Positions 49,972 through 59,184 are shown, counted from the first letter of the stretch. The stretch: 64,000 nt of DNA from an uncultured candidate division Zixibacteria bacterium (GCA_963735035.1 CAVTJJ010000003.1:736001-800000), one strand, 5' to 3'. Notes: a model not told the origin generated them from the letters alone. Numbers and translations: made by a program.

Positions 49972-52694
49972 CCCGGAGATTTCTCTCTACGGGTCGAACG
50001 ACGACCGTCCCAGAGGCGGAGCTTACGACCGCCTGTGTCAGTTTGATCCTTGCTGTGTCCCGGAAATCTTTCGTGCGCTCACTGGAACTGAGCGAGAAGT
50101 TTGTTGGGTTCGCTAAGAGTCATGATCAGGGGATGCGTCTGATGGCCTATCGTGTCCTCGGGCAAATGAATCACATGGCCGGAAAACACACCGAGGCTCT
50201 CGCGGCCTACAGTCACGCGCGACGTCTCGCCGCCCATGATGTCAGGGCACGAGCCGGTATGGACAGGATGCTGATCGACGTCTACATGTACCTTGGCCGT
50301 TATTCGGACGCCCGGCGTGCGGCCACCCGAGCAATGAAAGCCTACAAGCAGGCTGGCCTGGAAGGCGACTGGCACAAAACTCGTGTCAATTATGCCAACC
50401 TGTTGCATCGTCTGGATCGCCATGTCGATGCTGGTCGGATATACCGTGAGGCGGCTGACTATTTCGAGCGGGCGGCTGATCCGTTGGCTACGGCCCGTTG
50501 CCTGTACAACCTTGCCAATTGTCTGGTGCAACAGTTTGAAATAGCGGAAGCCGAAAGAGACTATGCCCAAGCCCGGGAAATATACGAGCGCGAGTCTTAC
50601 ATGCTGGACGCCTGCGACGTGCGCTACGGTCAGGCCTGGCTCAAGATGCTCAGAGGGGAACTACATCTGGCCCTCCTCGAGTTAAACGAATGTTCGCGGA
50701 TCTATCAAAGTGCCGGAAATCGTCGCGGCGTGGCGCTCTGCCAGCTTGATCTTGCCGAAGTGTCTTTGGGACTCGGTCTCTATTCGGATGCTCTCGACTA
50801 CGCTCGCAAATCGTTCCGACAATTTGCACATCTGAATCTTCGCTACGAACAAGCCAAATCGGCTCTCTTTCGGGGCCAAGCCGCTCTGGCCGTGGGCAAG
50901 AACAAGGAAGCTGCCCGGGCGGCTGAATGGGCCAAAGCAGGTTTCGACGCTGAACAAAACCGTGGTTTTGCCGGCGTAGTCCAGCTTTTGTTTGCCGCTT
51001 TGGAGGAAGGATCTGATCATGCGGCTTCACTTCGGCTGCAACGTGCCGGCCGACTCTTTCAACGGAGCCAACTACCTCTTTGGGAAGCTGTATGCGACAT
51101 GCGCTCAGCCCATGATGAGTCGCGCTCGGACCGGGCACTGCAGCGCCTGGCGCGGAACAAGGCTGCCCATGTGGTACCACATATATATGCAGGTTGGCAG
51201 ACCATCCAGGGCGACCGACACCAGGCCGCCGGCCACGGCGCGCAAGCACGAAAATGCTGGACGCGAGCGGCAGACCGACTCGACGCGGTCCGGAGCCAAC
51301 TCCCCCCTATAGAGCTACGGAGCGCCTACGGACGCTCCCTACCTTCACCACACTCCAGACTGGTGGCTGCGGAGGCGGTTCGTGCTCCCCTCCGCGCTGC
51401 CGTCTGGTCTGAACGCCTGAAGACCGCAGGTGTATGGGCTCCGGTTTCGTCGGAGGCGCTTAACTCCCACAGTCGCCGGAGAATTAACGCCAGCCTCGAA
51501 GCATTGTCGTCACAGGTTGCCGGCCTGATGCACCACTTGCCGGGACAGCAGGGCGAACGCGGAATGACTACCGTCGGATCCAGTCGATCGCTTCATCGCC
51601 TCCAGCGTCAACTTCGACTTCAGTTCTCAGAAATGGAAACGACACCGGCTGCCCAAACCGATGACCATGGCGATCTGGATCGATTGATAGCATCGACTTC
51701 GAAACGTCTGCCGATCGTGCAGTTCCATGTAGCCGACAATGACATTTACGTCTTTGTACATCAGCACGGGCGAACGACCCTGTGTACCATTCGGGACGGT
51801 CGTCGCCGAATTGCGTACGCGATGGAGCGATGGCGCTTCTTCATGGAGCGACAGCTATTTGCATCTTTCCCGGGAAGGCAGATCCTGGGGCAAAAGGAAG
51901 ATACTTTCTGGGCTGAGCTGGGGAGTTGGCTCTGGCATCCGCTAATGGTGGATTCGGCGGCTGACAATGTCTTGATTGTGGCCGAAGGCGAGCTGGCCAA
52001 CCTGCCCTGGCAGGCGCTGTCGTTTCACGGAAAACTCCTGGCCGAGCAACATCATATCACTCTCGCGCCCAGCATCCGTCATTTTGTGGCGGCTGAAAGA
52101 GTTAGGGTATCCGATCCGTCGGTTCAATTCTTTCGGAGTGACGTTGGCAGCTTGCCTAATACAGAGGCAGAAGCTTCAATCCTGCGGAGACTGGCCGGTG
52201 ATGCGTTGACCGAACATTTTCCCTCGCGCCGGACCGACTGGCCCACCGAAGGGGAAAGTCGCTTATGGCATTTTGCCGGTCACGCGGTGCTCCGCCACGA
52301 AAACCCTTTCTATTCCTACTTGCTTCAATCGGATGGTCCACTTTTTGCGGCTGATTTTCGCATGCGCCGCTGTCAAGTCAGCCTTGCCACGCTGGCCGCT
52401 TGCAGGACTGGCGAACAGGTGGCCTTGCCAGGTGATGAATCAACTGGCCTGGTGCGCTCCCTTCTTGAGATGGGGGCCCGCAATGTTGTGGCAGGACGCT
52501 GGCCGGTATCGGATGAAAGCGCCTCACATTGGATGACTGATTTCTATGGCAGATACTTTCGAGATGATGATCTTTTCACCGCGGCCCGTGAAGCAACCCT
52601 CGGGGTGAGAGAGAAGTACCCCTCGGCCTTTCATTGGGCTGCTTTCGCGGTTTTTGGCGCCGCCAGAACGGGAGGCCCATATGTGGCCCATTAG
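49947..52694 (+). CDS. TPR-CHAT domain protease (copy 2)
   Basis: TPR-like N-terminal half; EGELANLPW, HFAGHA, LATLAACRT, RWPVSD and HWAAF. Confidence 0.9.
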   Translation: METSSQNIARRFLSTGRTTTVPEAELTTACVSLILAVSRKSFVRSLELSEKFVGFAKSHDQGMRLMAYRVLGQMNHMAGKHTEALAAYSHARRLAAHDVRARAGMDRMLIDVYMYLGRYSDARRAATRAMKAYKQAGLEGDWHKTRVNYANLLHRLDRHVDAGRIYREAADYFERAADPLATARCLYNLANCLVQQFEIAEAERDYAQAREIYERESYMLDACDVRYGQAWLKMLRGELHLALLELNECSRIYQSAGNRRGVALCQLDLAEVSLGLGLYSDALDYARKSFRQFAHLNLRYEQAKSALFRGQAALAVGKNKEAARAAEWAKAGFDAEQNRGFAGVVQLLFAALEEGSDHAASLRLQRAGRLFQRSQLPLWEAVCDMRSAHDESRSDRALQRLARNKAAHVVPHIYAGWQTIQGDRHQAAGHGAQARKCWTRAADRLDAVRSQLPPIELRSAYGRSLPSPHSRLVAAEAVRAPLRAAVWSERLKTAGVWAPVSSEALNSHSRRRINASLEALSSQVAGLMHHLPGQQGERGMTTVGSSRSLHRLQRQLRLQFSEMETTPAAQTDDHGDLDRLIASTSKRLPIVQFHVADNDIYVFVHQHGRTTLCTIRDGRRRIAYAMERWRFFMERQLFASFPGRQILGQKEDTFWAELGSWLWHPLMVDSAADNVLIVAEGELANLPWQALSFHGKLLAEQHHITLAPSIRHFVAAERVRVSDPSVQFFRSDVGSLPNTEAEASILRRLAGDALTEHFPSRRTDWPTEGESRLWHFAGHAVLRHENPFYSYLLQSDGPLFAADFRMRRCQVSLATLAACRTGEQVALPGDESTGLVRSLLEMGARNVVAGRWPVSDESASHWMTDFYGRYFRDDDLFTAAREATLGVREKYPSAFHWAAFAVFGAARTGGPYVAH

Positions 52695-54108
52695 GCAACT
52701 GTTAACATCGCTCACCTTCATCCTGGTATTGCTGCTCCCGCCCGCGGCGACAGCACAGGGGGGGCAGGGGCCAGGCAAGGGTGGCTATAAGCCCGCTGAG
52801 ATCGTATGCCGCCTCGACTCAACTACTACAATAGATGAAATCAACACTCTTTTCGGTACGACCGTTCGCGGACACCAAACCCAGACCGACTGCTTCTTGT
52901 TGTTCGTCAGTGGCGGGCGTAATGCTGACAGCTTAGCTGAGATTATCGCCCAGACTCCCGGAGTCGTCTACTGCAGCCCCAATTATTATCTAATGGCTCC
53001 TGAGGGCCTTCAGGGTAGTTCTCCATTTCCTGATCTGGAAGTGATTGGCGACATGGATGGCCAGCTCGCTGCCGAGCAGCTTCAACTCACGCAGGTGCAT
53101 CAGGTCGCAACGGGAACCGGCATGAAAGTGGCCGTGATTGACGGCGGCGTGAACTTAAAGCATCCCTATTTTGCTCTTCATTCGGGAACTCTTGTTTCTG
53201 TCTATGATTACATCGACAACGACGAAGTGGCCTTCGACGAGCCCGGAGGGTCGAATTCCGGCCACGGCACGTTTGTCGCCGGAATTGTTCGTCTGGTTGC
53301 CCCTGACGCCGATTTGTACATATATCGAGTGCTAGATACAGCCGGCATGGGTGACGGCTTCTCTATCGCGCAGGCCGTCCTGCAGGCCATATCCGACGGT
53401 TGCCAGGTTATAAATCTGAGTCTGGGTATGTCCGGCTTGCACGACGGGCTCGACGATGCTCTCAAACTGGCACACCAAAACGAAATAATGGTGGTCGCAG
53501 CCGCCGGCAATGATTCGACCAGCGCCTTGAACACGTTCCCCTTCCCGGCAATTCGGGAATACTGCATAGCCGTAGCGGCTCTCGACTCCGTTCTGCTCAA
53601 AGCCGATTTCTCCAACTACGGCACACCAATTGACATCTGTGCTCCCGGAACACGCGTGTACTCTCCTTACCTTGACGAACTCTATGCCTGGTGGGACGGC
53701 ACGAGCTTCTCGACGGCGTTCGTCACCGGGCTGGCTACGCTGTTAAGACAGCAGCATCCGGTGGCCTCGTGGGATGATCTATATGGCTCGATCCTCAACT
53801 CGGCTAAGAACGTCGATACTCTCAATCCGACCTACGCCGGACTGCTGGGTTCCGGCCAGATCGACCTGCTCAAATCGCTTGGGGCGTCGGGTGAAATCAA
53901 ACGCGGGGATTTGAACTCAGATGGCACTGTGAGTATCGGTGACATATGTGTACTAATAACCTACCTATACATCGATCCCTCAATTTCCAATCCGGGAATT
54001 GCAGGCGATGTCAATTGTGATAATTCACTGAGCATAGGTGACATATCGATGCTTGTGGCTCACCTTTTCATAGACGATCAACCGCTCTGTTCGGGCGATT
54101 TGCCTTAG
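52681..54108 (+). CDS. Secreted S8 subtilase with C-terminal dockerin-like domain (start ATG 52681)
   Basis: GGAGG SD; signal peptide ending ATA|Q; VAVIDGG / SGHGTFVAG / GTSFST; GDLNSDG..IGD and GDVNCDN..IGD repeats. Confidence 0.9.
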   Translation: MWPIRQLLTSLTFILVLLLPPAATAQGGQGPGKGGYKPAEIVCRLDSTTTIDEINTLFGTTVRGHQTQTDCFLLFVSGGRNADSLAEIIAQTPGVVYCSPNYYLMAPEGLQGSSPFPDLEVIGDMDGQLAAEQLQLTQVHQVATGTGMKVAVIDGGVNLKHPYFALHSGTLVSVYDYIDNDEVAFDEPGGSNSGHGTFVAGIVRLVAPDADLYIYRVLDTAGMGDGFSIAQAVLQAISDGCQVINLSLGMSGLHDGLDDALKLAHQNEIMVVAAAGNDSTSALNTFPFPAIREYCIAVAALDSVLLKADFSNYGTPIDICAPGTRVYSPYLDELYAWWDGTSFSTAFVTGLATLLRQQHPVASWDDLYGSILNSAKNVDTLNPTYAGLLGSGQIDLLKSLGASGEIKRGDLNSDGTVSIGDICVLITYLYIDPSISNPGIAGDVNCDNSLSIGDISMLVAHLFIDDQPLCSGDLP

Positions 54109-54140
54109 TAGGCTGACTACCGCTTCTCACCTCAGAGATC

Positions 54141-54175
54141 GCCGGGGTGGTGCTCAGACACCATCCCGGCTTTTT
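54141..54175 (+). terminator. Intrinsic terminator after S8 copy 2
   Basis: gccggggtggtg / caccatcccggc stem followed by TTTTT. Confidence 0.75.
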
Positions 54176-54216
54176 CGTGAATACTCACCGGAAATTCCGA
54201 TTCCTGTCATATTTCC

Positions 54217-54245
54217 TGAACGAAAATCAGGTCGCCCCCGCTCTG
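54217..54245 (+). promoter_or_regulatory. Second copy of the candidate sigma-2 promoter (N12 spacer)
   Basis: TGAACGAAAATCaggtcgcccccgCTCTG between the terminator and the next gene. Confidence 0.55.
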
Positions 54246-54321
54246 TATTTCAAAAGACGTCCAGACATGGACATTAACCGGCACCGTCGTTCCGGTGACC
54301 GCTTTTGCGAAGGAGGAATGT

Positions 54322-55527
54322 ATGAAGTATGCAAGATCAGCCGTGGTTACCGGAATGGTACTTATGGCTGCCGTCATGTTCGCCGGGTGTTCGCGTAACA
54401 ACCCGATCCAGCCTACATCCGACCACTCGGCGTTTGACGTCCTTGCCAGCTCGCCGACCGGGGCCCAGCTCAACGTTCGCGTTCAAACCTGTGATCAGCT
54501 TCGTCAGATGCTGACCGTCTGTGACCGTCCGGACACGATCATGGCCAACCAGAACTGCGAAGTTGTCCGCGTACAAAACGGACAGGCAACTGCAGCATCG
54601 TTTGGAGACATTCACCCCGGCGATAGCCTTCAGGTGTTCGGCTCACGTCAGCAAAACAACTATATCTATGCTTACCGCCTTCAGATCAAGTACCAGGAGG
54701 CACAGGGTTATCAGGTGGCCGCCCGGGTCGCAACCACTGACCGAAACCGATTGATGCTCACCTTCCAGGACAGGCCTGACACGTGCGTCGCAACGCAGCA
54801 ATGTGAATGCACCCGCCAGTGCCAGAGAACCCAGTTCGGGCTTGATTTCGCCGATATCCAACCCGGCGATTCCGTCCAGGTGTTCGGATCACGGCAACAG
54901 GATGGTTTTATCCATGCGCAGCGTATCAAAGTATGTGCCACCGACGCCGGCGGGCGGTGGGATATTTCTTTCAAAGATACAATTGCTGCCATCGACTACG
55001 AACTCGGTACGTTCACGGTCAAGAACCGTACTGAGTTGATCACAACCGACGAAAACACCGTGGTGAAAGCTGTATTAGTAGTGGTCAACCCGCCGACTGA
55101 CAACGGCAAGAACAGAGGCGGCGTCTCACTCGGAACGCCGCCGCAGTGGGGTCAGACTTTCATCGATACTTTGCTTTCATTCACGGATCTGGAAGTTGGC
55201 GACTTGGTCACGGTACACGCACTATATGTGGATGATCAGACCCTGTTGGCGGCCTGCATTACTCTGTCCGACTGCACCAATCTGAATCAGAAGTGCGTGC
55301 AATTTACGGCTCCCATCGCTACGATAGAAGTCGGGACCAGGACCGTCACATTTGATGGTCAGGCCTGGATCGGTCAGGTATGTAATGGCGCTAAGTTGAT
55401 TGGATTGGACGGAGAAGAGCTTACTCTGGCTGATTTTGTAATCGGCGACCTGGTGGCGGTGAAGGGGTTTCCTCTTAGTGAGTCAGAATTGCGCATTTCG
55501 CAGATGGAGAAAGTAACCGCTCTCTAG
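54322..55527 (+). CDS. Lipoprotein with four DUF5666-like (OB-fold-like) repeats (start ATG 54322)
   Basis: AGGAGG SD; lipobox FAGC; FGDIHPGDSLQVFG, FADIQPGDSVQVFG, FTDLEVGDLVTVHA and LADFVIGDLVAVKG. Confidence 0.78.
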   Translation: MKYARSAVVTGMVLMAAVMFAGCSRNNPIQPTSDHSAFDVLASSPTGAQLNVRVQTCDQLRQMLTVCDRPDTIMANQNCEVVRVQNGQATAASFGDIHPGDSLQVFGSRQQNNYIYAYRLQIKYQEAQGYQVAARVATTDRNRLMLTFQDRPDTCVATQQCECTRQCQRTQFGLDFADIQPGDSVQVFGSRQQDGFIHAQRIKVCATDAGGRWDISFKDTIAAIDYELGTFTVKNRTELITTDENTVVKAVLVVVNPPTDNGKNRGGVSLGTPPQWGQTFIDTLLSFTDLEVGDLVTVHALYVDDQTLLAACITLSDCTNLNQKCVQFTAPIATIEVGTRTVTFDGQAWIGQVCNGAKLIGLDGEELTLADFVIGDLVAVKGFPLSESELRISQMEKVTAL

Positions 55528-55598
55528 GACGACTACTTCTGGCACCGTGTGGGGCAGGCCTCAGCGCAACTCTCGTCCTCACACAGTACTATCACCTG

Positions 55599-55624
55599 CG
55601 AGCGGGTCGGTGCCGACCCGCTCG
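55599..55624. terminator. Perfect GC-rich inverted repeat between convergent transcripts
   Basis: cgagcgggtcgg-tg-ccgacccgctcg; no clear U-tract. Confidence 0.5.
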
Positions 55625-55660
55625 TATCTATTCATAGTAGATAAATTGGATCGATATCAA

Positions 55661-55737
55661 TGGCGGGGTTGACGAGACTCGAACTCGCGGCCTTCTGCGT
55701 GACAGGCAGACGTTCTAACCAACTGAACTACAACCCC
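55661..55737 (-). tRNA. tRNA-Asp (GTC), CCA encoded
   Basis: GGGGTTG/CAACCCC acceptor stem, anticodon arm TCTGC-CTGTCAC-GCAGA, GTTCGA T-loop, 3' GCCA. Confidence 0.97.
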
Positions 55738-55860
55738 GTCTCAAATACCATCGACATGCTCAACATCGCCCTGAAGCCATCCATCCTGCAGGTCCGCTGT
55801 CACCACCGACCCGCTACCCACGACCCGGAGTCATCGGCGCAAACCCATCACCCAAAAAAA

Positions 55861-55934
55861 TGGGCGATACTGGATTCGAACCAGTGACCCCCTGCGTGTA
55901 AGGCAGGTGCTCTAACCAGCTGAGCTAACCGCCC
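55861..55934 (-). tRNA. tRNA-Val (TAC), CCA not encoded
   Basis: GGGCGGT/ATCGCCC acceptor stem, CCTGC-CTTACAC-GCAGG, GGTTCGAATCC. Confidence 0.97.
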
Positions 55935-56254
55935 AATGGCTCCAAACGCTGCCAAGGGCCCCAAATATAAACAACCCGCCCAAAAGTGCAAGAGATAATG
56001 AAGAACCAAAATTGTCCCTGAACCATATCGTCAAACCAATCCCGCCACCAGGTCAGTCGGCAAGTCGATCTGCGAGCCCGCGGCCCGCCGTGCTTCCGCC
56101 CCCTCAAGCCCACAACCCCCAGGTGCCGACCCTAGAAGTGCCAGAAACCTACCGGAACCCCTCCTCCAAACTGACAATACAGGAAAACTCGCTCCAGACT
56201 CGATTGGGCCCTTATAGCCCCAAACTGCCCTGCGGCGAAAAACAGGCTGCGAGG

Positions 56255-56530
56255 CTACTCTGCTTCGGCGCTGCCCGGCTCCGGGGTCGCCTCGTCCGGC
56301 TTCCCTTTGGCCATGATCGCAAACGGAATCAGCAGGTAACCGATCACCAGGATAATCGGCGCCACCGTCAACGTGATCGGATTGTTCGGATCGTCGCCAT
56401 AACCGAGACAGATATACCCGATCGCGATAATCGCCAGGGCGACTCCGAAAAGGATGTAGTTCTTCCTGCCGAACGGCCAATCGAACGCCGGAGAATCAGC
56501 AGCTTTTGCTTTGGTGGTTTTGACTGCCAT
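56255..56530 (-). CDS. DUF3098-family small membrane protein (start ATG 56530)
   Basis: PFGRKNYILF...IGY...TVAPIILVIGY. Confidence 0.75.
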   Translation of the reverse strand: MAVKTTKAKAADSPAFDWPFGRKNYILFGVALAIIAIGYICLGYGDDPNNPITLTVAPIILVIGYLLIPFAIMAKGKPDEATPEPGSAEAE

Positions 56531-56565
56531 AAGTATCCCAATAAACAATCAATTGTACTCAAGTG

Positions 56566-57807
56566 TCAAGAGACAGAAACGTCCCGCGACGGCTCCGTCT
56601 CCGAAAAATTATACACTGCCGAAAGCCCAATGGCCCAAACCAGCAGCAAAACCGTCCGAACCTCTTCATCCGAAAAGGTCGCTTCGGTCATCGAAGCTAT
56701 CAGAAACGCGATTGAGCCGACTATCGCAATCGCCAGCCGGCCCCGTACTTCTGGGTCCCCGACCGTCTGACGCCACCCCTTCGCCAGAGTGTAAAGGAGC
56801 GCCGCCCAGAGCAGGACGAATGTTACCAGTCCTGGAATCCCCGACCGGGCCGCCGCCTCAAGAAAATCGTTGTGGGCGTGCGAATACCAAAATTTGGATT
56901 CGACCGAAGGATCGAGTCTTTTCATATAGTCAGGTCCGAAATTCCCCGGCCCAACGCCCAGAATCGGATGGTCGGAAATCATCTCCAGCGACCGCTCCCA
57001 AATAAACAGCCGCCCGCCCGGCCAATCGGCGTTTAAGTGATATCGCAGCTCGGTCGTAAACCGACTCCTGACACTGGGCGTCAAGACCCCGATTAACAAC
57101 ACGGCCATCAGGATTGCGAATCCCCATTTGCGAGACGTACGAGCGGTCATCAGCAGCAAGGTGATGAGACCAACCAGCCCCGCCAGTGCCGGCCCGCGAC
57201 CACCGCAGAACAGGATCGATACCAGTCCCAGCCCCCCCGCGGTCAGCACCGCCCAGTGCTTCCACGACCATCGCTCAACTTTGGTCAGCACCCAGGTCAG
57301 AACAGCCAGCGAGGCCACCGCTACCAGATTTCCATAGGTCAGAGCTTGCACAAAAGTTCCGCTCGCCCTGGGATTGGCCTCCGGAAGTGGCGCGAACCCG
57401 TCCCCAAGATGATATTGCACCCGAAACACATACATTAGAATTGTGGCTACCGAGAAAAGAGTCAGTCCAATCGAGAGAACCCCCACGGTTTGATCCAACA
57501 TTCTCCGCTCCCGGCCTAGATACAACCCAACCGGAATGATTATGAACAGCCATTCCTCGCGCATGTTGTCGAGCGAATGCAGCGGTCGTTCTTGCAGCAA
57601 ACAGACGAAGACCAACCAGCCGACATATAACCCTACCGCTGTCCAAAAAACCCCCAGCCCATGACCAAACGGATTGAATCGTTCCCGCACTGCCACTATG
57701 ACGAACAAAACCGCGCAGACACCGAGTGAGAGCTGTGTGATGGAGATCGAGAAAGTCGAACCGAAGACAAAGAGGAGGAAGAAGAACGCCATCAGCCGCC
57801 GAAGCAT
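56566..57807 (-). CDS. O-antigen ligase (WaaL/Wzy_C) family protein
   Basis: Multi-TM; RASGTF, GGRG, RLFIW..SLEMISDHPILGVGPGNF and HAHNDFLE. Confidence 0.9.
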   Translation of the reverse strand: MLRRLMAFFFLLFVFGSTFSISITQLSLGVCAVLFVIVAVRERFNPFGHGLGVFWTAVGLYVGWLVFVCLLQERPLHSLDNMREEWLFIIIPVGLYLGRERRMLDQTVGVLSIGLTLFSVATILMYVFRVQYHLGDGFAPLPEANPRASGTFVQALTYGNLVAVASLAVLTWVLTKVERWSWKHWAVLTAGGLGLVSILFCGGRGPALAGLVGLITLLLMTARTSRKWGFAILMAVLLIGVLTPSVRSRFTTELRYHLNADWPGGRLFIWERSLEMISDHPILGVGPGNFGPDYMKRLDPSVESKFWYSHAHNDFLEAAARSGIPGLVTFVLLWAALLYTLAKGWRQTVGDPEVRGRLAIAIVGSIAFLIASMTEATFSDEEVRTVLLLVWAIGLSAVYNFSETEPSRDVSVS

Positions 57808-57824
57808 ATCAGCCTCTGTCGGTC

Positions 57825-58415
57825 TCAGACGAATAGGTCGCGTTCGACCATTTCGACTAACTGGTGTATGATGAACAAGTGCTCTTCCTGAATCCGCTGG
57901 GTTGACCGATGCGGAACTATCAGCGGTTTGTCAACCTGCTTGCCCAACAGTCCCCCGTCGCCGCCCAGCAACCCGGCCGTGATCACCTGCTTGTGGCGAG
58001 CGGTCGAAACCGCTTTCAGCAGATTCTCGGAGTTGCCCGACGTGGACATCACTATCAGCATGTCTCCCCGGTGCCCGAGCGCCTCTACTTGACGAGCAAA
58101 GATATTTTCGAAACCATAGTCATTACCGACCGCAGTTATAACAGCCAGGTCGGCAGACAACGCTATCGCCGGAAGCGCTTCCCGGTTACGATCCGATGTC
58201 AACCGGACCACCATCTCGGCGGCAAAGTGACAGGCCATCGACGCCGACCCGCCGTTACCGCAGATCAGGATCTTGCCGTGGGAGCCGATCACACCCGACA
58301 TGATACCGGACAAGTCGAGCATCTTCTGGCCCAGATAATCAACGGTCGCCTTGCGCACCAGGACCGCTTCTTCGGACTGGCGGACCAGTTCTATCAACGC
58401 TTCTTGCTGATTCAT
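57825..58415 (-). CDS. gmhA: D-sedoheptulose-7-phosphate isomerase
   Basis: CGNGGSA, LPAIAL, NDYGFENIFARQVEALG, STSGNS and RIQEEH. Confidence 0.9.
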   Translation of the reverse strand: MNQQEALIELVRQSEEAVLVRKATVDYLGQKMLDLSGIMSGVIGSHGKILICGNGGSASMACHFAAEMVVRLTSDRNREALPAIALSADLAVITAVGNDYGFENIFARQVEALGHRGDMLIVMSTSGNSENLLKAVSTARHKQVITAGLLGGDGGLLGKQVDKPLIVPHRSTQRIQEEHLFIIHQLVEMVERDLFV

Positions 58416-59179
58416 ACTCTTACAGATTCCTTTGGATGGGTGGCCGCGGTAAGTTCGCGAAGATAATCGATGCCACCCTTTGATTCCAGGCGAGTGCCCA
58501 TGACGATAAACGACGCCCCGGCTGCTACTCGTGAGGCACAGTCTTCGGGCGAGTGCAACCCGCCGCCCACCAGCACCGGAATGTCTATGATCCCCGCAAC
58601 CGCCTGCACCATGTCGACCGGCACCGGCTGCCCGGCCCCGGACCCGGCTTCAAGATAGACTAATTGCATTCCGAGATACTGCGCGGCCAGCGCATGAGCG
58701 CAGGCTATATCCGGCTTGCTTCGCGGAATAGGCAAAGTCCCGGAAATAAACTGCACCGACGTGAGCGGGCCGGATTCAATTAGCATGTACCCGGTCGGGA
58801 TAGCTTCCAGACCGGCTGCCCGGATAAACGGCGCGCCCTTGACCTGCTCGTCGATCAGATACTGCGGATTGCGCCCAGATATCAGCGAGGTGTAGAGAAT
58901 GGCGTCGGCGTCGGAAGTTATCTGAGTGAACGAGCCGGGGAAAATTATCACCGGCAGGTGGGCGCGCGCCTTGATCTGTCGCACCGCCGTGGGGAAATGG
59001 CCGGCCATCATGAACGATGTCCCCACGAGGATGGCATCGACACCGCAATCCGAGGCCGCTTCGGCGAGCGCGAGATAATCTGAATCGTGACTTCGATCAG
59101 GGTCAATCAGCAACAGAAATCCGCCGCCGCGCGCGGCGCGGGCATCAAGAAGGCTGTTGAATACCTGTCCCATGTGCAA
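58412..59179 (-). CDS. Geranylgeranylglyceryl phosphate synthase family protein (group II-like)
   Basis: LLIDPD, PVIIFPG, DAILYTSLISGRNPQYLI, PTGYMLI, YLEAGSGA and VGGG. Confidence 0.88.
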   Translation of the reverse strand: MHMGQVFNSLLDARAARGGGFLLLIDPDRSHDSDYLALAEAASDCGVDAILVGTSFMMAGHFPTAVRQIKARAHLPVIIFPGSFTQITSDADAILYTSLISGRNPQYLIDEQVKGAPFIRAAGLEAIPTGYMLIESGPLTSVQFISGTLPIPRSKPDIACAHALAAQYLGMQLVYLEAGSGAGQPVPVDMVQAVAGIIDIPVLVGGGLHSPEDCASRVAAGASFIVMGTRLESKGGIDYLRELTAATHPKESVRV

Positions 59180-59184
59180 AGCCT

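Noticed and set aside
55660..56770. ORFs 55660..55887 and 56012..56770
   Set aside because: They overlap tRNA genes or the DUF3098 and O-antigen ligase genes on the opposite strand
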